Source: a bacterium
Lineage (GTDB): Bacteria; Patescibacteriota; Microgenomatia; UBA8517
Length of the DNA: 64,000 nt
Direction: 5' to 3'
Assembly: GCA_021824915.1 (NCBI GenBank)
Contig: JAKAJP010000003.1
Location: 136-64,135, forward strand
A program made the position numbers and the translations under genes. Below the pieces are notes generated by a model that was not told the origin of the DNA, made no database searches, and was given only the letters and a program-made list of their open reading frames with translations. Shown here one piece after another: positions 18,675 through 28,085 of this stretch (positions within the stretch are counted from its first letter, which is position 1; each line of letters starts with the position of its first letter).

Positions 18675-18887
18675 ATGTCAGCTGAAGATATATCAAGAAG
18701 GGCAACATCCGGACTAGCGACTGTGGACTATGCACTTATGGGAGTAGAAAGCTCAACAAAAAAAGTAGTTGAAGCATATCCAGAATTAGGGCAAAGACCG
18801 CCCGCTGGGTTAAGCAAAATAGAATGGGCGCAGGTAGGATTGGAGTCTGCAGCTTTAGAAGTTAAAAAAACAACAGGTGTAAGTTAA
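18675..18887 (+). CDS. hypothetical small protein (70 aa)
   Basis: A strong SD, GGAAGGAGGTG, lies 7 nt upstream of the ATG at 18675. The ORF-track start at 18666 is a GTG inside the SD. No family recognised. Confidence 0.4.
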   Translation: MSAEDISRRATSGLATVDYALMGVESSTKKVVEAYPELGQRPPAGLSKIEWAQVGLESAALEVKKTTGVS

Positions 18888-20509
18888 TCTATTTTTATAT
18901 CCTTAATTTTTAACTGAAGATTTTTATATCCGTTCCATGAATTATCCTCTAATTGATAGGCGATATCGACTTTTGAATCAGGGGTCAGTTTTGAGTACAT
19001 TTCTCCCCCACCAAAAAATATTGCATCAAAAGTTTGTTCATCTTGCTTTAATCTAAGCTTGAGGTGACTAGCCTCCCTGCCTACAGTTTTTACATCTATG
19101 ACGCTTACATTACGACTAACAAATGTCGGTGCCGGATTTCCCAACCCCATTGGCTCAAATTCTTTTATATGACCTAATAACTTGTAGTCCAATGCCCCAA
19201 ATTCTAACTCCAAATCAATTTTAAGTTTCCGTGACAAAATCTCCTCTGTTAGAAGGCTTTTGGCTATTTTATTTATCCGACTGGTAAATTCATCAATCTT
19301 TTTTGTTTCAATTGAAAACCCTGCTGCCATGGGGTGTCCACCGCCTTCAACATATAAATCTTCAAGCTGGCGAATTGCCTCAATAATATTGAATCCGGAA
19401 ATAGATCTCGCCGAAGCTTTCGAGACTTCTCCTTTTTTCGATAGAACTATGGCAGGACGATAAAATTCCTCAACTAGCCGTGCAGCCGCAAGGCCTATCA
19501 CCCCTTCATGGTACTTTTCATCCGCCAAGACAATTATTTTATCCTCACCCACCTTACTTCTGGCATGAAGAACAACCTCCTCAACAATTTTCTGCCGCTC
19601 GGAATTTGTATCGGTAATATGTTTCGCTATTTGAAAAGCTTTAACCCGATCTCTGGTGCAAAGGAGTCTTAACGAATCAATTGCATGTTCAAGCCGTCCC
19701 ATAGAATTAATGCGGGGGGCAACAATAAAACCAATCTCATAGGTCCCGATAGTCTTTTTTTCAACTCCAGCGTTTCTAAAAAGTTCAATAAGTCCGGGTC
19801 TTGTGGTTTTATTCAAATGACCAAGTCCATATTTAACAATTGATCGATTTATTCCAATTAGGGGAAGTTGGTCTGCAATAGTTCCTATCGCCGTAAGTTC
19901 CAAACCGGAGTCAACTTTTGAGATTGAACCCTTAAAAGCCTTGGAAATCTCCCTGGAAAGTACCCAAGAAACGGCCGACCCACTTATTTTATCCGTATAA
20001 ACCACCGCAAACGACTTGGGTAAAACTTTCCCCTTTTGATGATGATCGGTGATAATTACGTCAATTCCCAATTTATGAGCCGTATCGATTTTTTTCCCTG
20101 CAACAATTCCATGATCAACGGTTATTATCAAACCGAGTTCCGGATCCTTCTCTTTTAACTTTTTTATACTTTCCGGGTTTAGGCCGTAGCCTTCCGTGAA
20201 CCTATCGGGAATATGGGGCAAAACAAAAATACCAACGTCATGGAGCGTTTCCCAAAGAATAGCAGTTCCAGTAATCCCGTCAGCATCATAGTCACCATAA
20301 ACCACCACGTGTTCGCCTTTCTTCTTGGCTTCCTTAATTCGGTTGATTGCTTTCTTAACTTCCGATTCACTAATACCAAAAGACTTCAAAGAGATCTTTA
20401 GCGGATTTGTGGGATTGAAAAACTCCTGTCTTTCTTTCTCTCTTATTACCCCCCTATTTTTAAGAAGTGTTTGAATGATATCTCCTGACCCAAGAATTTC
20501 CCAGCGCAT
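18884..20509 (-). CDS. recJ: single-stranded-DNA-specific exonuclease RecJ
   Basis: DHH motifs VVVYGDYDADGITGTAIL and ITDHH, followed by a DHHA1 domain. The protein is 541 aa. Confidence 0.85.
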   Translation of the reverse strand: MRWEILGSGDIIQTLLKNRGVIREKERQEFFNPTNPLKISLKSFGISESEVKKAINRIKEAKKKGEHVVVYGDYDADGITGTAILWETLHDVGIFVLPHIPDRFTEGYGLNPESIKKLKEKDPELGLIITVDHGIVAGKKIDTAHKLGIDVIITDHHQKGKVLPKSFAVVYTDKISGSAVSWVLSREISKAFKGSISKVDSGLELTAIGTIADQLPLIGINRSIVKYGLGHLNKTTRPGLIELFRNAGVEKKTIGTYEIGFIVAPRINSMGRLEHAIDSLRLLCTRDRVKAFQIAKHITDTNSERQKIVEEVVLHARSKVGEDKIIVLADEKYHEGVIGLAAARLVEEFYRPAIVLSKKGEVSKASARSISGFNIIEAIRQLEDLYVEGGGHPMAAGFSIETKKIDEFTSRINKIAKSLLTEEILSRKLKIDLELEFGALDYKLLGHIKEFEPMGLGNPAPTFVSRNVSVIDVKTVGREASHLKLRLKQDEQTFDAIFFGGGEMYSKLTPDSKVDIAYQLEDNSWNGYKNLQLKIKDIKID

Positions 20510-20529
20510 GCTGGTACAATAGTATCATA

Positions 20530-21879
20530 ATGAGGCTAGATCTTCCGAAGTCAGTTAAAGATATCTTAGAAAAATTTGATAAGGCTGGGTATGAAATCTA
20601 CATAGTCGGAGGGGCAGTTAGAGATATACTTATGGGCAGGAACACAAACGATTGGGACTTCACGACCAATGCTACCCCGGATAATATTTTAAAAGTTATT
20701 CCCGGAGGATTATATAATAATCAATTCGGAACAGTTTTTACTGATAATCCTGATAACCCATCACGCCCCCACGAAATAACCACCTTCCGAACAGAAGCAG
20801 AATACGAAGATTTTCGCCATCCAAACAAGATTGCTTGGGGAAAAAACCTAGAAGAAGATTTAAGTCGCCGAGATTTCACAATCAACGCTCTGGCTCTTGG
20901 TAAAGATCTAAAAGTAATCGATCCATTCAAAGGGCGGGCAGATTTAGAAGATAAATTAATTAGAGCAGTCAGAGATCCAAACGAAAGATTTTCAGAAGAC
21001 GCATTAAGGATGCTGCGGGCAGTAAGAATTGCTGGAGAGCTTGTTTTTACAATCGAAGAAAAAACTTTTGAAGCTATTAAAAAGAACGCGCCGCTAATAA
21101 ATAAAATCGCAAAAGAAAGAATTAAAGAAGAACTATTCAAAATTTTATCTTCTCCGTCTCCGTATGAAGGAGTGGTAATTCTCAGGAGTTCCGGACTTAT
21201 GCAGGAAATCTTACCAGAACTTGAGAAGTGTTTTGGAGTCGAACAAAAATCTCCAGGCAGACATCATATCTACGATGTTGGTACACATTTACTAATGTCA
21301 CTTAAATTCTGTAAAAGCAAGGACCCAATTACCCGCTTTGCAACACTAATCCACGACATCGGAAAACCTCAAACATATAAAAAGCTAGCAAACGGAACTA
21401 TTACTTTTTACAATCACGAGATGGTTTCAACGAAAATTGCAGTTAATATTGCGGACAGACTCAGGTTCTCCAAAAAAGAGAGAGATAAGTTTGTGTCGCT
21501 TGTTCGTTGGCATCAATTTACGGTCGATGAGAGACAAACCAACAGCGCTATTCGTAGATTTCTACGAAACGTCGGATTAAGTAACGTAGAAGATATGCTA
21601 TCCCTCCGAGTTGCCGACCGACTTGGTGGTGGTGCTCGCGAAACATCATGGCGACTTGAGGAGTTCAAAAAAAGACTCATCGAAGTTCAAAGAGAACCGT
21701 TCTCAATCCGTGATCTAAAAATTGACGGCAATGATGTGATGGAAGAATTAAATCTTAAACCCGGACCAAAAGTCGGTGAAATTTTAGAAAAAATATTCAA
21801 GGAGGTTGAGGATAAAAAAATAAACAATGAGAAGGAGGATTTACTCAAACGATTAAGGACAAATTTTCCAAAGTCCTAA
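20530..21879 (+). CDS. cca: CCA-adding tRNA nucleotidyltransferase with HD domain
   Basis: A PolyA-pol head domain (GGAVRD, DxD) and a C-terminal HD motif (LIHDIGK). This fits with tRNA-Gln having no encoded CCA. Confidence 0.8.
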   Translation: MRLDLPKSVKDILEKFDKAGYEIYIVGGAVRDILMGRNTNDWDFTTNATPDNILKVIPGGLYNNQFGTVFTDNPDNPSRPHEITTFRTEAEYEDFRHPNKIAWGKNLEEDLSRRDFTINALALGKDLKVIDPFKGRADLEDKLIRAVRDPNERFSEDALRMLRAVRIAGELVFTIEEKTFEAIKKNAPLINKIAKERIKEELFKILSSPSPYEGVVILRSSGLMQEILPELEKCFGVEQKSPGRHHIYDVGTHLLMSLKFCKSKDPITRFATLIHDIGKPQTYKKLANGTITFYNHEMVSTKIAVNIADRLRFSKKERDKFVSLVRWHQFTVDERQTNSAIRRFLRNVGLSNVEDMLSLRVADRLGGGARETSWRLEEFKKRLIEVQREPFSIRDLKIDGNDVMEELNLKPGPKVGEILEKIFKEVEDKKINNEKEDLLKRLRTNFPKS

Positions 21880-22371
21880 ATTATTTTCTCTCGCAATCTT
21901 TTCCAACTCTAAAAATTGATTGACATATTTAATATCTGGTGGGACCGTCATAACTTTTGCATAACCGTTGCGGACCATGTAATCATTAACCAACACATTT
22001 CCGACATATACATAACGAAGTAGCCGACCATATTTGTCCGTTTCGCTTGTATCTTTTACTAACTTGATTTCTTTTTCCAAAACCAAACTCTCGTTTTCTT
22101 TTTTTGCCTCTTTAGAAAAACATTGAAATGTCGGATGGATTTCCGCCGAATCAACCCCAATATACCGGACTTTTTGACCTGTATCAATTTCGATGGTATC
22201 ACCATCATAAACTCGAACAACCTTGGCATAAGAAATTGGGGCAGGGGTTAACATTGGTGTTGGCGCATTAAAGATTTCAACCTTTTTATTTAAGAGGATG
22301 ATTACCCCGACAACAATCAGGCAAAGGCCGACAAAAAATAATTTACTTCCTAGATCTTTTTTGAAGCTCAT
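21853..22371 (-). CDS. thermonuclease (SNase-like) family protein, membrane anchored
   Basis: VYDGDTI, DKYGRLL and GLW motifs of staphylococcal-nuclease-like proteins, after an N-terminal TM. Confidence 0.65.
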   Translation of the reverse strand: MSFKKDLGSKLFFVGLCLIVVGVIILLNKKVEIFNAPTPMLTPAPISYAKVVRVYDGDTIEIDTGQKVRYIGVDSAEIHPTFQCFSKEAKKENESLVLEKEIKLVKDTSETDKYGRLLRYVYVGNVLVNDYMVRNGYAKVMTVPPDIKYVNQFLELEKIARENNLGLWKICP

Positions 22372-23215
22372 CCCAAGTGACTAAAATTGGAACTGCAACA
22401 AAAGGTGAAGAATATGCACCCGATATTGTTCCCACCAAGAGAGTCGCAACAAAATAACGAATAGTTTCTCCACCCAAAAGGAGTAAAGCGATCATCATAA
22501 AAATCACGACAAATGAATTATTAAGAGATCTCACCATGGTTTCGCTGGTAGCCTTATTTGCCAAGTCATAAAGACTTCCACCCAAACGTTTTTGAGATTC
22601 CCGAATCCTATCGTAAACAATTATTGTGTCGTGAACCGAAAAAGAAAGAATTGTTAAAAGCGCAGTAACAAAAAGCAAATCAACTTCTGCTCCAAAGAAG
22701 TGACCAAGGATAGAATAAGTGCCAATAACAACAAGCGAGTCGTGAAGCATTGCCAGAACTGCCGAAACTCCAAACTTGAAACTCTTAAACTGAATTGCCA
22801 CCCAAAGCAAGATTCCACTAGCGGCAATCAACATCCCATAAAGGGTTTTTTTCACAAGCTCCAACCCAACAGTCGGCCCAACAGTTTCATATCTTAACTC
22901 CTCAACCCTACCACCGCTTACTTTCTCTATCTGCGACTGCACTTTTGAACGCTGATCACTACCTATCTGACCAAGTTTCAATAAATAAGTACTACCGCCT
23001 GTTTTTTGCACCGAAACGACCTCGACCTTATTTTCCTTGAAAATATTCTCTATCTGGTTCCCTCCAATATCTTTTTCAATTCTGTATTCAAGAATCGAAC
23101 CCCCCTTAAATTCGACTCCGATGGGAAGGCCCCACTTAACAAGACTAAAAATTCCGGCGATGATAACACTTCCGGAAATTAACAAATAAAGCCAGCGGTA
23201 TTTCATCCACTCCAT
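22343..23215 (-). CDS. secF: protein translocase subunit SecF
   Basis: Six-TM SecF topology with conserved GGSILEY/KTGGSTY segments. It directly follows secD. Confidence 0.85.
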   Translation of the reverse strand: MEWMKYRWLYLLISGSVIIAGIFSLVKWGLPIGVEFKGGSILEYRIEKDIGGNQIENIFKENKVEVVSVQKTGGSTYLLKLGQIGSDQRSKVQSQIEKVSGGRVEELRYETVGPTVGLELVKKTLYGMLIAASGILLWVAIQFKSFKFGVSAVLAMLHDSLVVIGTYSILGHFFGAEVDLLFVTALLTILSFSVHDTIIVYDRIRESQKRLGGSLYDLANKATSETMVRSLNNSFVVIFMMIALLLLGGETIRYFVATLLVGTISGAYSSPFVAVPILVTWDELQKRSRK

Positions 23216-23216
23216 A

Positions 23217-24533
23217 TTATTTTTTGATTAGCACCCTAATTAAATTTCTTGAAAAAACAATTCCAGTAAAAAGAGAAATAAAGATTCCCAATGCCAACGT
23301 AATTGCAAACCCACGGACGGGCCCGGATGTATTCAAAAATGACCAATCAAAAGGATTTACCAAAACAAAACAAGTAATAAGTGTCGCAACATAAGCATCC
23401 CGTATTGAATTCCAAGCCCGACCAAACGAAACTTCCAAAGCATTTGTAAAATCTCGCTTTCTTCTTTCCTCTTTTAGCCTTTCAAAGATCAAGATATTGC
23501 TGTCCACGGCCATTCCAACCGAAAGCATAAATCCGGCAATCCCCGGAAGAGTCAGGGTAATAGGAATAGCTTTATAAAGAGCTATTGTTACTATCCCAAA
23601 AAGAAAAAGTCCGATATCGGCTACTATCCCGAGACGTCCGTAAGAAAGAATCATAAAAATAAGAACCATTACAAAACCAACAATACCGGCCAAAATACTT
23701 CTACTTATCGAAAGAGATCCCAACGTCGCCCCAACAGTAGTCTCCTGAACAAGTTTAACCGGGACGGGAAGCGCTCCAGCGTTTAACTCGATTGCCAAAT
23801 TTTTGGCTTGGTCAACCGTAAAGCTTCCGCTTATCTGAGCACTACTTCCGGTAATCTCCTGCTCTACAATCGGGGCCGAAACCACAGAATTATCTAAAAC
23901 AATAGCAATAGGTTTTCCAACATTTGCTTTTGTTAATTTTGCAAATTTGTCTCCGCCAGCTTGGGTAAATTGAATTGAAACAGATGGTTTACCCGACTTA
24001 CTATCAAAAACGACTTGTGCGCTAGCCAGATCTGCCCCAGTTAAATCAGTCGGCTTAAGTGTTGCTGAAGGTGTTGCCCCATTTTTCCCGGGAACTTCTA
24101 CCACCTCGGAAAATTGCAGTTGGGCCGTCTGACCGATCAGGGCGGTGGCGCTGGCAGTATCCTTAACCCCCGGAAGATCTATGATAATTCTATCCTTACC
24201 CTCAAAACTTGATGTTTGAACAGTTGGTTCAGAAACGCCAAAAAGATTAACTCTTTTTTCAATAATATCCCGCACAGAGTCAAGTGCTGTCTTTTTTTTG
24301 TCTGCTGAAATCTTTGATGTGTCGGCTTCAAACGTTAGTTGGCTTCCTCCGGCAAGATCAAGCCCTAAATGAAAATCAAAAACTCTAGAGAGAGTAAGAG
24401 AGCCTATTTTAATATTCAAGTCGTGCCTACTAAAATTTTTACCAAATAATGAAAATTTTTGAGGCAGAATAATATAAAAGGAAATGGCCGACAAAACAAA
24501 AATTAGGAATAATTTCTTTATGGGTCCGCTCAT
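23217..24533 (-). CDS. secD: protein translocase subunit SecD
   Basis: The SecD periplasmic domain (LGLDLAGGSQL) and a C-terminal six-TM bundle, upstream of secF. Confidence 0.85.
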   Translation of the reverse strand: MSGPIKKLFLIFVLSAISFYIILPQKFSLFGKNFSRHDLNIKIGSLTLSRVFDFHLGLDLAGGSQLTFEADTSKISADKKKTALDSVRDIIEKRVNLFGVSEPTVQTSSFEGKDRIIIDLPGVKDTASATALIGQTAQLQFSEVVEVPGKNGATPSATLKPTDLTGADLASAQVVFDSKSGKPSVSIQFTQAGGDKFAKLTKANVGKPIAIVLDNSVVSAPIVEQEITGSSAQISGSFTVDQAKNLAIELNAGALPVPVKLVQETTVGATLGSLSISRSILAGIVGFVMVLIFMILSYGRLGIVADIGLFLFGIVTIALYKAIPITLTLPGIAGFMLSVGMAVDSNILIFERLKEERRKRDFTNALEVSFGRAWNSIRDAYVATLITCFVLVNPFDWSFLNTSGPVRGFAITLALGIFISLFTGIVFSRNLIRVLIKK

Positions 24534-24543
24534 ATAGTAGGAA

Positions 24544-25128
24544 CTAACTCACCAAATCCTCTTCGTCACCAATAATCATAACACGGCCCCCGTAAAGTAT
24601 TCCCTGAAGAAATGGGTCGCGTCTCTTCTTCCTAAAATCAAATTCTTCCCTGCTCATAACGGTGTAATTTATCTCGTGTCCGCGCTTACTCTCTTCCATC
24701 CTAATAAGAGTTGCAAGCTCTGGCAGTACCACTTCACCAACAACCAAGATATCAACATCGTCATCGCGCTTCCTTTCTTTGAATCTTGTAAACCGACCCG
24801 AAAACATAAGAAAGGAGATCTTTCCGATCTTATTTTTATTATCAATCAAAACTTTCCCCAAACCGGTTGTTTTTGCGACCATCGAGATAAGGTCACCATA
24901 AAAAGGATGGTCCGCCCTCAAAAAATAATAAACGCGATTACCTCTAGGCTCTTTCTTTAGAATTCCATTGCCCTCAAGTTTAGTTAATTCGCGCCTTACC
25001 GCATTAATCTCCTCTTTGATCTCCCTGACAATTCCCCTTACGTGATACAGCTCTTTTGTGTTTGCAAAAAACAACTCAAGGATTTTAATCCTCACTTTCG
25101 AAGTTATAATATCGGATAGATCAGCCAT
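24544..25128 (-). CDS. winged-HTH (ArsR/MarR-like) plus nucleotidyltransferase-domain protein, putative regulator
   Basis: N-terminal KVRIKILELF...GIL wHTH. C-terminal Pol-beta-type NTase core FSGRFTRFKERKRDDDVDILVVG. Confidence 0.5.
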   Translation of the reverse strand: MADLSDIITSKVRIKILELFFANTKELYHVRGIVREIKEEINAVRRELTKLEGNGILKKEPRGNRVYYFLRADHPFYGDLISMVAKTTGLGKVLIDNKNKIGKISFLMFSGRFTRFKERKRDDDVDILVVGEVVLPELATLIRMEESKRGHEINYTVMSREEFDFRKKRRDPFLQGILYGGRVMIIGDEEDLVS

Positions 25129-25169
25129 ATAATCCTAGGGGGCAGGAGAAACTAAAACTCAAATTAAAA

Positions 25170-26402
25170 TTAATATTTTATGCTATTCCCGGCAGGAACA
25201 AGCTCAATCCAAATCGGCCCGCGTGTTAGTGTGATTTCTGCTCCATTTTTATCATAAAAAACTTCCCTGTCAAGTTGTGAGTCTTTTTTCCAAGTCCCAG
25301 TGGTGGCCACCCCGTTTTTGAAAATTATCGCGTCGCCTTCACCTATTACTTCATAATACATATGTTTCTCTTCATCGACCGGACCCTCTTCTTTAACAAA
25401 CATAACAACTACATCAGAAGCTGATATCTGAGGTTTATCAAAATTCCAATCCGTATGAGCCTTTCCCCCGTCAAATCTTTTGTAAGTGTTGGTTGCCTGG
25501 TCATATTTCCATTCAACATTATAATCGGGTTGATTGTCCCAAAATTGAAAAGAAATATCAGAGGCAGTTGGCTTTGAATTCGCGGACCCGTTATCAAATT
25601 TCCAGGCTCTAAAACCTTGAGTCCATGGATTTCCCTCCCCGTCCTTATAATTGAATCCGCGCTTTGCAGCCTCCTTATAAACCTCATCCATATCGGCAAC
25701 AACTGAGTGCTCCCAAAGTGCCGGCTCACTTCCGAGCCTATATTGATCACGTACTACTACCGGAAAACCAATATTAAAACCGCCATCAAAATCATTTCCT
25801 GCTTCTCCATTCCTCCAACCCAACTTATCAAGAGCCCCATAGGCATCAACCTTTGGGGCAATTTGACCATACGGCTTTACCCCTCCAGGGCAGTCGCTAC
25901 AAAAATCATTGGCTCCACCCTGATGAAGAAAAACAGGATTTTTTCCATAACCGGCAGCAAGATTAACAAAATATATTCTTGCGCTTCTAATAGGAGCCGC
26001 TTTAACGTCAGCCCCAGCCGCCCCGCAATAAAAGATACTCAAAAAACGAGTAATACCACCCTCTGCGACAGCTTCGTAAACAACATCTGCACTGGAAAGT
26101 CCTGACTGAGGACGTGAATCAACATGGTTCTCAATCATTGCTGTCACCGGCCTCCTTGTACTCCAAACATCTTTTTCCGGCTGGGTATACATCATACCGT
26201 TTATTGGACAGGCCTGAGTTTTGGGAAGATTTTGTTTTATTTTCGAACGTGAATTACCAATATTCAAACTAATTCCACCTTTAGGTAAAACAAATGAAAA
26301 AACCAAAACGGATAAACCAACCGCTATTAAATATAGACCTAAAAAAGTAAGCCAAGTAGTGGACTTCTGAGATTTGATATAAACCAATATTTTTTCCATC
26401 AT
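25170..26402 (-). CDS. DUF3048 (YerB-like) domain protein
   Basis: N-terminal anchor. The PVTAMIENHVDSRPQSGLSSADVVYEAVAEGGITRF block matches the YerB/DUF3048 N-domain. Confidence 0.55.
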   Translation of the reverse strand: MMEKILVYIKSQKSTTWLTFLGLYLIAVGLSVLVFSFVLPKGGISLNIGNSRSKIKQNLPKTQACPINGMMYTQPEKDVWSTRRPVTAMIENHVDSRPQSGLSSADVVYEAVAEGGITRFLSIFYCGAAGADVKAAPIRSARIYFVNLAAGYGKNPVFLHQGGANDFCSDCPGGVKPYGQIAPKVDAYGALDKLGWRNGEAGNDFDGGFNIGFPVVVRDQYRLGSEPALWEHSVVADMDEVYKEAAKRGFNYKDGEGNPWTQGFRAWKFDNGSANSKPTASDISFQFWDNQPDYNVEWKYDQATNTYKRFDGGKAHTDWNFDKPQISASDVVVMFVKEEGPVDEEKHMYYEVIGEGDAIIFKNGVATTGTWKKDSQLDREVFYDKNGAEITLTRGPIWIELVPAGNSIKY

Positions 26403-26854
26403 CTTTTTATTGCTACCGCAAGAGCTTTCCTTTCCTCGTCCGAAAGAACGCTCTCGCTTTTACCTTTCTTTACATCCTTCATATAAACCCTAGTTCTATC
26501 ACGGGTATGAAGGCTCGTAATTACAATTCCCGAATCATTCCCATCCAAAATCGCAAGGCAAAAACTGTGATCCCCACCCAACTCCTTAAAAGGGTTAAAT
26601 CGCACAAGACCAACTTTTTGAACGTGGTGATTACCTTCTTCGCTCAAAAACTCAATCCTTTTTTCGATGTCTTTAAGAACGCCAACGTTCTTAGTTTCAC
26701 TCTCAAGGAGTCTTTCCAAAACCTTTTTAAGGTCTGTCACCTCAACCCCCTTTGTCAATTTGTTAAAAAGCGAACTGATCCTAAATACAAAAAAACTCAA
26801 GACTAAAAGCCAAATGGCTATAACTAAAAAAAAGAAAAGGACTTGAGTTTCCAT
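26399..26854 (-). CDS. DUF4446-like small membrane protein
   Basis: N-terminal TM. The C-terminal VGLVRFNPFKELGGDHSFCLAILD block resembles DUF4446. A 4-nt overlap with the upstream gene suggests an operon. Confidence 0.45.
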   Translation of the reverse strand: METQVLFFFLVIAIWLLVLSFFVFRISSLFNKLTKGVEVTDLKKVLERLLESETKNVGVLKDIEKRIEFLSEEGNHHVQKVGLVRFNPFKELGGDHSFCLAILDGNDSGIVITSLHTRDRTRVYMKDVKKGKSESVLSDEERKALAVAIKR

Positions 26855-26971
26855 TGTTTAGATTCTGGGCAAGTCCAACTTCAGGTAACTTTGAAAACAA
26901 ACGTTACCCATTTGGTTCAACCATTGTTACATTCCACAACATCGGTGTCAAGGTGTGTTAATATAGTGGCA

Positions 26972-27268
26972 ATGTCGAAAAAAAGAACAAGAAACGAAAA
27001 AGAAAACGTCCACTATCCGTTTTTAGTTTCCTGGGACGGAGGTTCAAAAAGTAGACTGTCACAAGGCTCTGTCAAGAGGGAAACAAAAAAAACAAGCTCA
27101 ACAAACTCCAACGAGGCTGCGCCACTGAAAAAAGCCGAACCCAAGGCCATTTCAGAAGAAACTGAGTTCATCAAAAAAGATATTAAAAAAAGTCTGATAA
27201 CAACCAGCTTCATTCTGATAGTCGAGCTGGTGATATACTTAGCTTGGAAAAAATTTTTTCTGCTCTGA
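26972..27268 (+). CDS. hypothetical Lys-rich protein with a C-terminal TM (tail-anchored); uncertain
   Basis: An ATG at 26972 (MSKKRTRNEKEN...) sits inside a longer ORF-track entry. A C-terminal hydrophobic helix is present. No family. Confidence 0.25.
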   Translation: MSKKRTRNEKENVHYPFLVSWDGGSKSRLSQGSVKRETKKTSSTNSNEAAPLKKAEPKAISEETEFIKKDIKKSLITTSFILIVELVIYLAWKKFFLL

Positions 27269-27287
27269 CGATAGGGGGTGAATAATA

Positions 27288-27425
27288 ATGATGTATTGTG
27301 TAAAGTGCCGCGCAAAGAGAGAGGGAAAGAACGCTCAGGAAGTTACCATGAAGAATGGTAAGAAAGCTACAAAGGCTGTTTGTGAAGTCTGTGGCACAAC
27401 CATGTTCAAGATCGGAGGAAAGTAA
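27288..27425 (+). CDS. small zinc-ribbon protein (46 aa), not in the ORF track because it is under 60 aa
   Basis: MMYCVKCRAKREG...KAVCEVCGTTMFKIGGK has a CxxC...CxxC layout. The RBS GGGGGTG lies 8 nt upstream and a terminator hairpin follows. Confidence 0.5.
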   Translation: MMYCVKCRAKREGKNAQEVTMKNGKKATKAVCEVCGTTMFKIGGK

Positions 27426-27450
27426 TACCCGATTTTAACATTTCTAAAAC

Positions 27451-27486
27451 AAAAGGGCACCCGCCGTTGGTAGGGCCCCTTTTGCG
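27451..27486 (+). terminator. putative intrinsic terminator after the zinc-ribbon gene
   Basis: AAAAGGGC...GCCCCTTTTGCG forms a GC stem followed by a T-run. Confidence 0.4.
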
Positions 27487-27536
27487 TTACTGAAATGAAT
27501 TTTGCCAAAGTCTTCAAAATCTTCAAGGAGAATTAC

Positions 27537-28079
27537 ATGCTGGTTCCTTTAGAAATTTTTGGTTCTGACCCATACAAAACTTTAGTTTCAACAATTTTAT
27601 CGGCACGTACGAAAGACGAAGTGACTTTGGAAGCTTCAAAAAGATTATTCAAAGTGGCCTCTAACCTAGAACAATTAGGTCAATTAGAGATTAGAATGAT
27701 TGCGAAGTTAATTTACCCCGTTGGATTCTATCGAACCAAAGCAAAAAACTTATCAAAACTTTCGGAAATGATTAATGAAGTTCCAAACACCCGCGAACGT
27801 TTGATAAAGCTGCCGGGTGTAGGTAGGAAAACTGCAAACCTAGTATTAAATCGCGCTTTCAAAATTCCTGCGATCGCGGTCGATACACACGTTCACAGAA
27901 TTTCAAACTTACTAGGTTGGGTTCACACCAATACTCCAGAGCAGACAGAAGAGGAATTAACAAAAATACTACCCAAAAAATATTGGCCGGATATAAATCG
28001 CTTGTTTGTCAGTATCGGCCGGCAGTTTACCTCAAAGAGGAGATTAATTGAATTTTTAACAAATAACCATTTGATATAA
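27537..28079 (+). CDS. HhH-GPD DNA glycosylase, endonuclease III-like (no C-terminal FeS cluster)
   Basis: The helix-hairpin-helix [13 protein letters not shown] and catalytic-region AVDTHVHR are present. The start is the ATG at 27537, preceded by CAAGGAG. The track's 27495 start is also possible. Confidence 0.65.
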   Translation: MLVPLEIFGSDPYKTLVSTILSARTKDEVTLEASKRLFKVASNLEQLGQLEIRMIAKLIYPVGFYRTKAKNLSKLSEMINEVPNTRERLIKLPGVGRKTANLVLNRAFKIPAIAVDTHVHRISNLLGWVHTNTPEQTEEELTKILPKKYWPDINRLFVSIGRQFTSKRRLIEFLTNNHLI

Positions 28080-28085
28080 TCAGGC

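Noticed and set aside
26843-26971. The 5' part of the 141-aa ORF-track entry 26843-27268
   Set aside because: The first 43 codons overlap the divergent DUF4446 gene start region and lack an RBS. Only the shorter version from the ATG at 26972 is retained, and that at low confidence.
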